A stretch of DNA of 64,000 bases, from positions 4,096,001-4,160,000 of the forward strand of contig OZ241889.1 in the NCBI GenBank assembly GCA_965203355.1. The letters run 5' to 3'. Origin of the DNA: Candidatus Latescibacterota bacterium (GTDB taxonomy: Bacteria > Latescibacterota > UBA2968 > UBA8231). The translations under genes and the position numbers were made by a program. Shown here one piece after another: positions 45,927-55,722 of this stretch (position 1 is its first letter; each line of letters begins with the position of its first letter). The notes under the pieces were generated by a model that was not told the origin of the DNA, did not search any database, and saw only the letters and a list, made by a program, of their open reading frames with translations.

Positions 45927-47873
45927 ATGAATGTAGTGCAGGCCGGTTTCCTGCTAACGCTCATGGCCCTAGCGAGTCAAGCAGCCCCTCCAGCGGCTGA
46001 GGGCGATATTCCGAGCACCGCGTGGCCCGAAAGCTGGTTCCACCCGCCGCGCACGGCCTCGGAAGTCGGCTTGACCACCTTCCACCAGTCGCCCATGCTC
46101 GACGAACTCGTGGCCAGCGGCGCGTTGCCGCCGGTGGCGGATCGGCTCCCGGACGACCCGATTGTCGTCGAGCCGATCGACGGAATCGGGACCTATGGGG
46201 GCACCGCGCGCCTGTTCCTCGCCGGCGAACAGCTCCTCAACGTGCCCGAAGGAACCCTGCGGCCCGGGCCGCAGCTCCAGCTAACGCTGCCCAACTTCGC
46301 CGCACGGGTCGAGTACCACAACGACGCGCAGACTCTGACGGTCTTCCTGCGGCCCGGGCACAAGTGGTCCGACGGACACCCGGTGACGGCCGACGACTTT
46401 GTCTTTTGGTTCGACCGCGTCCACATGAACAAAAACCTCACGCCCGTGGTGTCGCCCCGCTTTAAGGGGGCCCACATCGAAAAACACGGCCCTTACCTCT
46501 TTAGCTATCACTTTCCCCAGCCGATGCCGCTTTTTGTCAAGCACCTCGCCCACAACAGCTCGCACCTGTCGGCACCAGCGCACTTTATGCGTCGCTATCA
46601 TCCCGATTTTACCGACGCCGAGCAGCTAGCACGCGAAGCCGAGGAACTCGGCTTGCAAGACTGGCGCACCTACTTCCAATCCGTTATCAACACCCGCGAC
46701 CTAATGGTCTTTCACAAGCCAGTGCAGACCGCTTATGTGGTGGTTAGCAAGACTTCGACGCGCGTCCGCTATCGCCGCAATCCCTACTACCCCAAAGTAG
46801 ATCCGGCCGGCAATCAACTGCCCTACATCGATTACCTCGAAGTCCAGCGGGTTGACAGCCCCGAGATCATGGCCGCTAAGGCCGCCACCGGGCAGGTCGA
46901 TTTTGCCGGGCGGCAGTTTAAGACCGCTGACATCCCGCTGTTTAAGCGCTTTGAACAGGACAAGGGCTACGAGACGTACCTCTGGCCTCGTCCCTACGGC
47001 TCGGACGTGACCTTCATGCTCAACCTGACCCACCCCGACGAGCGGCTCAGGCAGATTTTTCAGGACGTGCGCTTTCGCCGCGCCCTCTCGCTGGCCATCA
47101 ACCGCGCCGAGATCAACGACATCGCCTATTACGGGCAGGGGGTCCCGCGCCAGTTGACGGTCGTGTCATCGAGCCGCTACTTTGAGCCTTCCTTTGCCGC
47201 CGCTTGGGCCGAGCACGATCCGCAACGCGCCCGCGCCCTGCTCGACGAGATGGGGCTGATCGACCGCGATGGCGATGGCCGACGCGAGCATCCCGATGGC
47301 CGACCACTCGAAATCACGCTGGAGTACACAATCGGGGAGACGCCCAAGCAAGTCACGGTCGATTTGGCTACCGCTCACTGGCGCGAAGTGGGGCTGCACA
47401 TCAATCGCAAGCAGATAAGCGGTGCGCTGCAAGGCATCCGCACCCGGGGCGGGGTCATGGACATGAGCATCTGGCACGCCGACCGCAACGCCGACATCCT
47501 CTTTCCCATCGAGCCTTTTTGGTACGTGCCCATGCACGTGGGGCAGGAGGTGACCCAGTGGCCGGAGTGGTCGCGATGGTACCAGTCGGACGGAGCGCGC
47601 GGCTGGATACCGCCCGGCGAGGTCCGGGACCTAATCGCCTGGTGGGAGGTGCTGCGCCGCACGTCGGACCTCCAAGAGCGCATCGCCATGGGGAAAAAAA
47701 TTCTCCAGAGCCAAGCCGACAATCTGTGGGCACTCGGCGTCATCGGCTTGGGGCCACATCCCGTCATCGTCAGCAACCGATTGCGCAATGTCCCGCGCCA
47801 AGGCTATTGGGGATGGGACTCGCGCTGGTCTTGGCCCTACTATCCAGAGACTTGGTATCTACAGCAAAATTAA
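45927..47873 (+). CDS. Peptide/oligosaccharide ABC transporter substrate-binding protein (family 5)
   Basis: SPML..LV..G.LPPV.DRLP, KWSDG.PVTADD, RNPYY.KVD..GNQLPYID, FRRALSLAINR. Confidence 0.9.
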   Translation: MNVVQAGFLLTLMALASQAAPPAAEGDIPSTAWPESWFHPPRTASEVGLTTFHQSPMLDELVASGALPPVADRLPDDPIVVEPIDGIGTYGGTARLFLAGEQLLNVPEGTLRPGPQLQLTLPNFAARVEYHNDAQTLTVFLRPGHKWSDGHPVTADDFVFWFDRVHMNKNLTPVVSPRFKGAHIEKHGPYLFSYHFPQPMPLFVKHLAHNSSHLSAPAHFMRRYHPDFTDAEQLAREAEELGLQDWRTYFQSVINTRDLMVFHKPVQTAYVVVSKTSTRVRYRRNPYYPKVDPAGNQLPYIDYLEVQRVDSPEIMAAKAATGQVDFAGRQFKTADIPLFKRFEQDKGYETYLWPRPYGSDVTFMLNLTHPDERLRQIFQDVRFRRALSLAINRAEINDIAYYGQGVPRQLTVVSSSRYFEPSFAAAWAEHDPQRARALLDEMGLIDRDGDGRREHPDGRPLEITLEYTIGETPKQVTVDLATAHWREVGLHINRKQISGALQGIRTRGGVMDMSIWHADRNADILFPIEPFWYVPMHVGQEVTQWPEWSRWYQSDGARGWIPPGEVRDLIAWWEVLRRTSDLQERIAMGKKILQSQADNLWALGVIGLGPHPVIVSNRLRNVPRQGYWGWDSRWSWPYYPETWYLQQN

Positions 47874-47876
47874 GCC

Positions 47877-48860
47877 ATGATCAACTACATCATCCGCCGC
47901 GTCCTGATTATGATCCCCACCCTGCTGGCCGTCTCGGTGCTGGTCTTCGTCGTCATCCAGTTGCCGCCCGGGGACATCATCACGTCGCGCCTACAAGAGC
48001 TACAGGCTGAGGGCCAAGACATATCCGAGGAACAGATCGCCGCCCTGCGCGCCCGCTACCACCTCGACGACCCGATGCTCGTCCAGTACTTCAAGTGGAT
48101 GGGCGGCTTCCTCCAAGGCGACATGGGCTATTCGGTGATGTACGGCCAGTCGGTCAACAACCTGATCTGGGAGCGGCTGGGCTACACCTTGCTGATCACC
48201 TCGACCGCGACCTTGTTGACTTGGCTGATCGCCTTCCCGGTGGGCGTCTATTCGGCCCTGCGCCAGTACTCGGCGCTCGACTATGCGGCAACCCTCGCGG
48301 CCTTTGTCGGTCTGGCGACGCCCAACTTCCTGCTGGCACTGGTTTTGATGTACTTGGGCTACGAGTGGTTTGGGATCGCGGTGGGCGGATTGTTTTCCCC
48401 CGAGTACGCGAGTGCGCCGTGGAGCTTGGCCAAGTTCGGCGATTTGCTAGCGCATCTGTGGATCCCGGCCGTGGTCATCGGCACGGCTGGCATGGCCGGG
48501 CTGATGCGGATCATGCGCGCCAATCTGCTCGACGAGCTGGGTAAGCCCTACGTCACGACAGCGCTGGCCAAGGGCCTTGGTCCGGTCCGCTTGGTGATTA
48601 AGTACCCATTGCGCATTGCCATCAATCCCTTTATCAGCACGGTCGGCTGGATGCTGCCGCACCTAATCTCTGGGTCGGCCATCACTAGCGTGGTGTTGAG
48701 CCTGCCGACGACCGGCCCTTTGCTGCTCGAATCCCTCCGCAACCAAGACATGTATTTAGCAGGCAGTTTCCTGCTCATGCTCAGCGTTTTGACGGTGATC
48801 GGCACCCTGTTGTCGGACATTCTCTTGGCCATTGCCGACCCGCGCATCCGCTATGAGTGA
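47877..48860 (+). CDS. ABC transporter permease (DppB/OppB-like)
   Basis: YIIRR, LPPGD, GDMGYS, LDEL.KPYV.TA.AKG, DPRIR. Confidence 0.92.
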   Translation: MINYIIRRVLIMIPTLLAVSVLVFVVIQLPPGDIITSRLQELQAEGQDISEEQIAALRARYHLDDPMLVQYFKWMGGFLQGDMGYSVMYGQSVNNLIWERLGYTLLITSTATLLTWLIAFPVGVYSALRQYSALDYAATLAAFVGLATPNFLLALVLMYLGYEWFGIAVGGLFSPEYASAPWSLAKFGDLLAHLWIPAVVIGTAGMAGLMRIMRANLLDELGKPYVTTALAKGLGPVRLVIKYPLRIAINPFISTVGWMLPHLISGSAITSVVLSLPTTGPLLLESLRNQDMYLAGSFLLMLSVLTVIGTLLSDILLAIADPRIRYE

Positions 48861-49959
48861 AGACCGCCCCACAACCCAACTAGCCGACGCTTCGCAGTGG
48901 CGTCTGATGTGGATGCGCTTCCGCCGCCATCGGCTGGCGTTAGTCGGCAGCGCAGCGCTGATCGCGCTCTACGGGCTCGCGGCCTTGTGCGAATTTGTCT
49001 CGCCGTACCGACCCGACCAGCGCCACGCGCAATACGTCCTCTGCCCGCCGCAAGCGATTCGCTTCTTCGACGGCGAGGGGCGTTTTCACTGGCGGCCCTT
49101 TGTCCACGGCGTACGGCAAGACACGACCGCCGACCCGTGGCAGCGTGCCTATCTCGTCGATGCCAAAGTCATACATCCGATCCGCTTTTTCGCGCACGGT
49201 CCGGCCTACGAGTTCTGGGGGCTTTTCGACGCGGACTTGCACTTGTTCAGCGCGGGCAACGGGCCGTTGTTCCTCTTCGGCACCGACGACTTGGGCCGCG
49301 ATCTGCTCAGCCGAATCATATACGGGGCGCGCATATCGCTCACCATCGGACTAATCGGCGTGGCCCTGACTTTCCTCATCGGCATCCTGCTCGGGGGTCT
49401 GGCGGGTTACTACAGCGGCTGGGTCGATGTGGTGGTGCAGCGGATCATTGAGGTCCTAATGGCCGTGCCGCAGTTACCGCTGTGGATGGCGCTGAGCGCG
49501 GCACTGCCAGCCCACTGGCCGCCGCTGCATATTTACTTCGGCGTCACCATTATCCTCTCGCTGATGGGCTGGACCGGGTTGGCACGCGTGGTGCGCGGCC
49601 GCTTTCTATCGCTGCGCGACGAGGATTTCGTGGTCGCCGCCCGCTTGTCCGGCACCAGCGAGTTGAAGATCATTTTCAAACACCTGCTACCGTCGTTCCT
49701 CAGCCACGTGATCACCTCGGCCACCCTAGCGGTGCCAGGCATGATTCTCGGCGAGACCGCGCTGAGTTTTTTGGGGATTGGGCTGCGGGCACCCGTGGTT
49801 AGCTGGGGGGTGCTGCTGCAAAAGGCGCAGAACTTTCAGGCCGTGGCCATGGCACCGTGGCTCTTGCTGCCCGGGCTTTTCGTGGTCATCGCGGTCTTGG
49901 CCTTCAACGTGGTCGGCGATGGAATGCGCGACGCAGCCGATCCGTATGCCAGCCATTAG
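48853..49959 (+). CDS. ABC transporter permease (DppC/OppC-like)
   Basis: GTDDLGRDLLSRIIYGARISL, ETALSFLGIG, GDGMRDAADP. Confidence 0.92.
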   Translation: MSEDRPTTQLADASQWRLMWMRFRRHRLALVGSAALIALYGLAALCEFVSPYRPDQRHAQYVLCPPQAIRFFDGEGRFHWRPFVHGVRQDTTADPWQRAYLVDAKVIHPIRFFAHGPAYEFWGLFDADLHLFSAGNGPLFLFGTDDLGRDLLSRIIYGARISLTIGLIGVALTFLIGILLGGLAGYYSGWVDVVVQRIIEVLMAVPQLPLWMALSAALPAHWPPLHIYFGVTIILSLMGWTGLARVVRGRFLSLRDEDFVVAARLSGTSELKIIFKHLLPSFLSHVITSATLAVPGMILGETALSFLGIGLRAPVVSWGVLLQKAQNFQAVAMAPWLLLPGLFVVIAVLAFNVVGDGMRDAADPYASH

Positions 49960-49985
49960 TTGCGCTAAGCGTATGCCCGCAAACC

Positions 49986-50075
49986 ATGCCGCAAATTTTT
50001 GACAACATTCAACAACCGCTTCTTCCAGCTTTGGCGTTGGAAACACAGGACGATACTCACAACCCGCACGTATAA
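49986..50075 (+). pseudogene. Short stub MPQIFDNIQQPLLPAL..., resembling the N-terminus of PLD-domain/SNF2 helicase defence proteins
   Basis: 29-codon ORF inside the ABC operon. The resemblance is from memory of the family N-terminus and is unverified. Confidence 0.45.
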
Positions 50076-50090
50076 AAAAAAGCGAAGTTT

Positions 50091-51095
50091 ATGAGCTCTC
50101 CCCTCCTCGACGTCCACGACCTGAGCGTGCGCATCACCCGCGACGAGGGCGTGGTGCGGCCGCTCAACGGCGTCAGCTTTCGCATCAACACCGGCCAAGC
50201 CGTGGGCATCGTCGGCGAAAGCGGCTGCGGCAAGACCATGACCTCCAACGCCTTGCTACAAATTTTGCCACCGGCAGCCGAGATTACCAGTGGCCACATC
50301 CGCTACCGACGCAAGCTGGACGAGCGCACGATCGACCTCGCGGCACTCGACGCGCACAGCGACGAAATGCACCAGATCAGAGGCGGCGACATTTCCATGA
50401 TCTTCCAAGAGCCAATGACCGCGTTCTCGCCGGTGCATACCATTGGCAACCAAATCGCCGAGATGATCCAACTCCACGACTCGCTATCCTCAGCAGCAAC
50501 GCGGCAACGGGTCATCGAACTGTTGCACTTAGTCGGCATCCCCGATTCGCCTGATCGCGCCGATGACTATCCCTTCCAGCTTTCGGGCGGGATGCGCCAG
50601 CGGGCGATGATTGCCATGGCCCTGGCGAGCAATCCACGACTCTTAATCGCCGACGAACCCACCACAGCCCTCGACGTGACCGTGCAGGCGCGAGTGCTCA
50701 AGCTAATCCAGCGGCTCCAGCGCGAACTGGGGCTGGCACTCATGCTAATCACCCACGACCTCGGCGTGATCGCGCACACCGTCGAATACGTCTATGTGAT
50801 GTACCTGGGACGAATCGTCGAGGAAGGGCCGGTAGCCGCAATTTTCGACAGCCCAGCGCATCCTTACACTGCGGCCCTGTTGCAATCCATCCCCCGCCTG
50901 ACCGGCAAACGCCGACGCATCGATCCGATTGAGGGCAGCGTCCCCAGTGCGTACGCCCTGCCCGAGGGCTGCCCCTTCCACACCCGTTGCACAAAAAAGG
51001 TCGGCTCTATCTGCGAGCAGCAAATGCCCGCGTCAGCCGAGGTGGGGCCGCATCACCACGCCCGTTGTTTCATCCACACCCAAGAAGGGGAATAG
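50091..51095 (+). CDS. ABC transporter ATP-binding protein (DppD-like)
   Basis: [38 protein letters not shown]. Confidence 0.93.
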   Translation: MSSPLLDVHDLSVRITRDEGVVRPLNGVSFRINTGQAVGIVGESGCGKTMTSNALLQILPPAAEITSGHIRYRRKLDERTIDLAALDAHSDEMHQIRGGDISMIFQEPMTAFSPVHTIGNQIAEMIQLHDSLSSAATRQRVIELLHLVGIPDSPDRADDYPFQLSGGMRQRAMIAMALASNPRLLIADEPTTALDVTVQARVLKLIQRLQRELGLALMLITHDLGVIAHTVEYVYVMYLGRIVEEGPVAAIFDSPAHPYTAALLQSIPRLTGKRRRIDPIEGSVPSAYALPEGCPFHTRCTKKVGSICEQQMPASAEVGPHHHARCFIHTQEGE

Positions 51096-51099
51096 CCCA

Positions 51100-52110
51100 A
51101 TGACCACCGGAGCCGCAGACGCCCTGCTGCAAGTGCGAGGGTTAAAAAAGTACTTTCCCGTGCGCCGGGGTCTCTTACAGCGACAGACGGGTTGGGTAAA
51201 GGCCGTGGATGGGGTGAGCTTTGCGCTCGCGCAAGGCAAAATTTTGGGACTGGTTGGCGAGAGCGGTTGCGGCAAGACCACCACCGGACGGATGATTCTC
51301 CGCGCCCTAGACCCGACCGAAGGGGCGATCCTCTTTCGGCAACAGAACGGGCAGGTCGTCAACATGGCCCAACTCAGCCGCCGCGAAGTCGTCCAAGCCC
51401 GCCGGCAGATGCAAATGATTTTCCAAGACCCGTACTCGTCCCTAAATCCGCGAATGCCTGTGCGCGACCTAATCGCCGAGCCGCTCCGGTCTTATGGCTG
51501 GTCGAGACGCGACAGCCACGCACGTGTAAGCGAGTTGATGGAGCGCGTGGGGCTAGATCCCCGATATGCGCGCCGCTATCCACACGCCTTCTCGGGCGGC
51601 CAGCGGCAGCGCATCGGCATTGCCCGCGCCTTGGCCTTAAGCCCGTCGCTCATCGTCGCCGACGAGCCGGTCTCCGCGCTCGACGTCAGTGTGCAAGCGC
51701 AGATCCTGAACTTGCTCCGCCAATTGCAGGCGGACCTCGACCTCACCTTGCTCTTCATCGCCCACGACCTGAGCGTAGTGCGCTATCTCTGCGATGAAGT
51801 GGCCGTCATGTACCAAGGCCGAATCGTCGAACAGGCCGCAACCGAAGCCCTTTTCACCCAACCGCAACACCCCTATACGGCCATGTTGCTAGAGGCCGCG
51901 CCCGCGCCCGATCCCCACGCCTCGTGGATGGAGGACGAAGACGCCAGCGCGGCGGACGAACCAACGCTGACCGGCGATCAAGGCTGCGCGTTCGCACCGC
52001 GCTGCCGCTACAAAAGCGAACTATGCAGCCAGCAGATGCCCGCTCTCGAGGGCGAGACGCATTTAGTCGCCTGCCACCACAAAGACGAACTGGAACTACA
52101 GGGCATGTAG
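51100..52110 (+). CDS. ABC transporter ATP-binding protein (DppF-like)
   Basis: [35 protein letters not shown]. Confidence 0.93.
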   Translation: MTTGAADALLQVRGLKKYFPVRRGLLQRQTGWVKAVDGVSFALAQGKILGLVGESGCGKTTTGRMILRALDPTEGAILFRQQNGQVVNMAQLSRREVVQARRQMQMIFQDPYSSLNPRMPVRDLIAEPLRSYGWSRRDSHARVSELMERVGLDPRYARRYPHAFSGGQRQRIGIARALALSPSLIVADEPVSALDVSVQAQILNLLRQLQADLDLTLLFIAHDLSVVRYLCDEVAVMYQGRIVEQAATEALFTQPQHPYTAMLLEAAPAPDPHASWMEDEDASAADEPTLTGDQGCAFAPRCRYKSELCSQQMPALEGETHLVACHHKDELELQGM

Positions 52111-52122
52111 CGGCGCGAACAG

Positions 52123-52153
52123 GGTTGACCAAATAAGTAAACCAAATTACATT
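52123..52153 (+). promoter_or_regulatory. Sigma70 promoter with overlapping inverted-repeat operator
   Basis: TTGACC (52125-30), 17 bp, TACATT (52148-53). GGTTGAC-N7-GTAAACC is a 6/7 inverted repeat. Confidence 0.6.
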
Positions 52154-52192
52154 ACGAAAAGATTATCCACCCTCATGGAGGAGAAAATCTGC

Positions 52193-53440
52193 ATGGTCCA
52201 GTTTGGTGATCATTTGCGGCAAATTCGCCTCGAAAGCGGATTAACCCAAGCCGATGTGGCGAACCGCCTTGGGGTCTCGAAAGGGTACATCTCCCGCCTC
52301 GAAAGTGGCAAGGCAAGGCCCGCCGAAGCGACAGTCCGCCATCTCGCCCAAATCTGCGAGACCGATCCTGATCCGTTCCTCATATTGGCCGATTACCTGC
52401 CCTCCGATCTTCAAGAAATTCTATCTCGGCATCCCGCTGAAGCATCGGCGATACTACGCGGTACTTTTGGACGTACCGCTCACACCCAAAATGCGCCCCC
52501 CGCTATCGCCGAGTCTCAAACGCTCTACCAAACTGCCTCATATCAACTCGTCCAAGAGGATTGCTTGGCGTGGATGGAGCACCACCCACCCAACAGCGTC
52601 CATGCCATCGTCACCGACCCACCCTACGGCCTGAAAGAGTACACCACCCAAGAAAAGGACAAACTCCGGCGCAGACGGGGGGGCGTCTGGCGTATCCCGC
52701 CCGCTTTAGACGGTTGCGTCCGCCAGCCCCTGCCTCGGTTTACCGTCCTCAGCAATGGCGACAAGCAGCGACTTGCTGCGTTTTTTGGGCAATGGGGCAA
52801 GCGGGCATTGCGAGTGATCGTACCGGGCGGGCACGTCTTCATCGCCGCCAATCCTCTGCTATCGCATATAGTCTATGCAGCCCTCGTCGAAAGCGGCTTT
52901 GAGAAGCGCGGCGAGGTCATCCGCCTAGTGCAGACGCTGCGGGGTGGCGACCGCCCCAAGAATGCACACGACGAATTTGCAGATGTCACTGTTATGCCTC
53001 GCTCCGGCTGGGAACCTTGGGGCTTGTTTCGCAAGCCGTGCGAGGGGCGCGTACAGGACAACCTGCGCGTGTGGAAGACGGGTGGACTAAGGCGGATCAG
53101 TGCCGAGCGTCCTTTCGGCGATGTAATTCGCAGTGCACCTACCCGATCGGCAGAACGCGCCATCGCGCCGCATCCCTCACTCAAGCCGCAGGGCTTTATG
53201 CGCCAGATCGTGCGCGCCGCTTTGCCGCTGGGGGAGGGGATAGTGCTCGACCCCTTCATGGGCGGGGGTTCAACTGTGGCCGCCGCGTGTGCCGTGGGTT
53301 ACGAGAGTATTGGCATCGAGAGCGATCCCGCGTTTTTCGAGATCGCAAAAGCCGCGATTCCGCCATTGGCCACGCTGGAGGTCAACGGAGAAAGCAAACT
53401 GGAACCGACAGCCGAGCGGCAGCCGAGCCTGTTCAACTAA
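52193..53440 (+). CDS. XRE-HTH fused amino-DNA methyltransferase (N4C/N6A, beta class)
   Basis: FGDHLRQIR...LTQADVA..LGVSKGYISRLESG; motif IV TDPPY precedes HPSLKP and motif I LDPFMGGGST. GGAGGAG RBS before ATG 52193. Confidence 0.9.
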   Translation: MVQFGDHLRQIRLESGLTQADVANRLGVSKGYISRLESGKARPAEATVRHLAQICETDPDPFLILADYLPSDLQEILSRHPAEASAILRGTFGRTAHTQNAPPAIAESQTLYQTASYQLVQEDCLAWMEHHPPNSVHAIVTDPPYGLKEYTTQEKDKLRRRRGGVWRIPPALDGCVRQPLPRFTVLSNGDKQRLAAFFGQWGKRALRVIVPGGHVFIAANPLLSHIVYAALVESGFEKRGEVIRLVQTLRGGDRPKNAHDEFADVTVMPRSGWEPWGLFRKPCEGRVQDNLRVWKTGGLRRISAERPFGDVIRSAPTRSAERAIAPHPSLKPQGFMRQIVRAALPLGEGIVLDPFMGGGSTVAAACAVGYESIGIESDPAFFEIAKAAIPPLATLEVNGESKLEPTAERQPSLFN

Positions 53441-53446
53441 AGACGC

Positions 53447-53794
53447 TTAGGGTTTGGCTAAGATGGCGCGATGGGGACCGACGCCGACGTCGGGTAGCCT
53501 ATAGAGAAAATTGTTCCGCAGTTTATCGACACCGCTCTTGGCTATCGACGCCGTGGGCGTCCTGCGCGAAGTGCCCGTGCGGCCTGAAAATGACCAATCC
53601 GTTTGGTCGAGTTTGGCGCAGAGAATTTCGAGAAATGTCAGCGGCCCAGAAGCCCCTCTTTCCTGATCGCCAATCGCATAGCGAAATACCATTAGCCAGC
53701 AGTCCTCTGGGTTGTGCCCCTGCCAACCGCCGAGCGGAATGGACGACTTGAGAGTCCATAGGGAAGGACGACACGGCGATTCACGTCCCCGCAT
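53447..53794 (-). pseudogene. Probable C-terminal fragment of a restriction endonuclease convergent on the MTase
   Basis: About 115 aa (KSS...GGWQGHN...FLEILCAKL...DWSFSGR...SRRTPTASI). The 5' end abuts and overlaps the PhyH gene stop. Assignment rests mainly on context. Confidence 0.5.
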
Positions 53795-54599
53795 CGTCGT
53801 TCCTCGCCGTGCGATAGGGGGCCGGATCAAAGCCCGGATACCGCGTCGCCATCCCCGCGATAAATTGCTCCGTCCACAGCGAATCGCCCGGCGGCGGGAA
53901 GCCCAGTAGTTCGCGCTGGCGCGGGGTGGCTTCAGCCATAAAGCGGTGCATGGCGGCACCTTGAGCACCGCTTTTATACGTAAATGTACGACCGCCGTCC
54001 CAAGGGCGGTCCTTGCGGGTGAAACCCACCCACATGACCGGGCGGTGTCCGGCTGGCGCGGTGAAATCGGAGGCGGCGTGACGGGTGAAGACGCTGTAGA
54101 GGCACACCGAGCCGCCGGGAACGATCATCGGCACGGCTTCCGCGTCGGCGCCCATGCGGATCGGGGCCATGCCTTCCTCGACATCGTCGAAGCAGTAGAA
54201 ACACACCAAATTCATAAAGTCATCTGGCTCGATGATCGGCCCCAGCGTGTTGTTGCCGTAGTCTATGTGGAAATCGGTCCCGTATTCCTCGCCGGCGTAC
54301 TTCATGCCCAAATGCCCTTCGCAGAGGCGAATCTCGCGCGTACCTAAGACCCGCTCGGCCGCGTCAATCAGATCGGGATGGACGGTGACGTGATTGAGGC
54401 CGGAGTGGTCCCAAGGGAAGACGCTTTGCTGGGGCGTGTCGTTGCAACGGCCATTGGCTACGTATTGGTCGTAGGGCGGGGCAAAATGGGTGAAGAAGCC
54501 ATCGAGCGCGGCTTGCTGCTCGTCTTGGGTAAGGAAATTCTCGACGATCAGGAAGCCCTGTTCTTTGTACGTAGCGAGCTGGGCGTCGGTGATGTGCAT
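53781..54599 (-). CDS. PhyH family dioxygenase
   Basis: YKEQGFLIVENFL, FHIDY, PGGSV..Y...TRHAAS. Confidence 0.82.
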   Translation of the reverse strand: MHITDAQLATYKEQGFLIVENFLTQDEQQAALDGFFTHFAPPYDQYVANGRCNDTPQQSVFPWDHSGLNHVTVHPDLIDAAERVLGTREIRLCEGHLGMKYAGEEYGTDFHIDYGNNTLGPIIEPDDFMNLVCFYCFDDVEEGMAPIRMGADAEAVPMIVPGGSVCLYSVFTRHAASDFTAPAGHRPVMWVGFTRKDRPWDGGRTFTYKSGAQGAAMHRFMAEATPRQRELLGFPPPGDSLWTEQFIAGMATRYPGFDPAPYRTARNDDAGT

Positions 54600-55514
54600 C
54601 TATTGCTCGTCGGCGTAGAGCCTTACAATCCGCTGCAACAGGGCCAGGGCCTGCCCGCGAGCGCGCTGGAAGGCGTTGCGGCCGATGATGGAACCAAAGC
54701 CGCCGCCATCGCGGATGCCGGTGATCTCCTCGATAATTTCCTCTTCGCCCTTGGCTGGGCCACCAGAAAAGATCACCACGCGCCGACCGTTGAACGCCGA
54801 TTGCACTACGTGGCGCACGCGCTCGGCCAAGGTGCCAGCCGACACATCTGCATACGCCTTGCGGGCTTCGTCCTGCTCAATGTAAGCGGTCGGCGGTTTG
54901 ACCTTGATAATATGGGCCCCTAGCTGGGCGGCGATTTGGGCGGCGTACGCGGTGACGTCGAGCGCGGTCTCCCCATCCTTGCTCAAGTCCGTGCCGCGCG
55001 GATAAGACCAGACCACTACCACCAAACCGTGCCGCTTGGCCTCTTCGGCCAAGGCTTGCAGCTTTTCGTACATCTCCTGCCGCAGGGCCGAACCCGGATA
55101 GACCGTGTAGCCAATGCCGACGCAACCCAAGCGCAGAGCGGCGGAAATGGAGCCGGTCAGCGCCTGGGTCGGATCGGCGTCGGAGTGGAGGTTTTCGCGG
55201 TTGTTGAGCTTGAGAATCAACGGCAGGTCGCCGGCGTAGTCGCGCGCCCCGGCTTCCAAGAATCCGAGCGGGGCGGCGTATGCGCTGAGGCCAGCGTCTA
55301 TGGCCAACTCAAAGTGATAGCGCGGATCGTACGCGGACGGATTAGGAGCGAAACTGCGCCCAGGCCCGTGCTCGACGCCCTGATCTACGGGTAGAATGAC
55401 TAGCTTACCCGTGCCGCCGAGTGCGCCGTGGTTGAGTACGCGTGCCAAATTGGTCAAGGTGCCGGGATTGTCGCTGCCATACCAGCTTAGAATTTCGCGG
55501 ATGCGATCTTGCAT
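54600..55514 (-). CDS. fbaB: Class I fructose-bisphosphate aldolase (DhnA type)
   Basis: ILPVDQGVEHGP, YTVYPGS, VWSYPRG, GAHIIKVK, SGG, IIGRNAFQR. Confidence 0.92.
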   Translation of the reverse strand: MQDRIREILSWYGSDNPGTLTNLARVLNHGALGGTGKLVILPVDQGVEHGPGRSFAPNPSAYDPRYHFELAIDAGLSAYAAPLGFLEAGARDYAGDLPLILKLNNRENLHSDADPTQALTGSISAALRLGCVGIGYTVYPGSALRQEMYEKLQALAEEAKRHGLVVVVWSYPRGTDLSKDGETALDVTAYAAQIAAQLGAHIIKVKPPTAYIEQDEARKAYADVSAGTLAERVRHVVQSAFNGRRVVIFSGGPAKGEEEIIEEITGIRDGGGFGSIIGRNAFQRARGQALALLQRIVRLYADEQ

Positions 55515-55558
55515 TTTGTACCTTTCTTGCTAGCTGAGGAGCGGGAATTGACAAAAGA

Positions 55559-55596
55559 AAAGCTCCTCAATCGCGCAAAGCGCACTAGAGGAGCTT
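55559..55596 (-). terminator. Terminator-like hairpin downstream of tRNA-Asp
   Basis: AAGCTCCTC...GAGGAGCTT stem preceded on + by an A-rich tract. Confidence 0.6.
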
Positions 55597-55603
55597 GACA
55601 AAA

Positions 55604-55680
55604 TGGCGGGGACGACGAGACTCGAACTCGCGACCTTCGGCGTGACAGGCCGACGTTCTAACCAGCTGAACTACGCCCCC
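55604..55680 (-). tRNA. tRNA-Asp(GTC)
   Basis: GGGGGCG/CGTCCCC acceptor stem, D-loop AGCTGGTTA, anticodon loop CTGTCAC, GTTCGAG T-loop, encoded CCA. Confidence 0.97.
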
Positions 55681-55722
55681 ATACACTTGAGTTTAATAAG
55701 GTAAAAGTCAGATCAAATGCTG

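Noticed and set aside
52163-52171. DnaA-box-like TTATCCACC
   Set aside because: Single imperfect copy with no oriC context.
53781-53783. Selenocysteine read-through of the PhyH TGA into the downstream fragment
   Set aside because: The read-through frame differs from the endonuclease-like frame and has no Cys/Sec motif.
55560-55720. Integrative element at tRNA-Asp
   Set aside because: No integrase and no duplicated tRNA 3' end seen in the window. The flanks are housekeeping genes.
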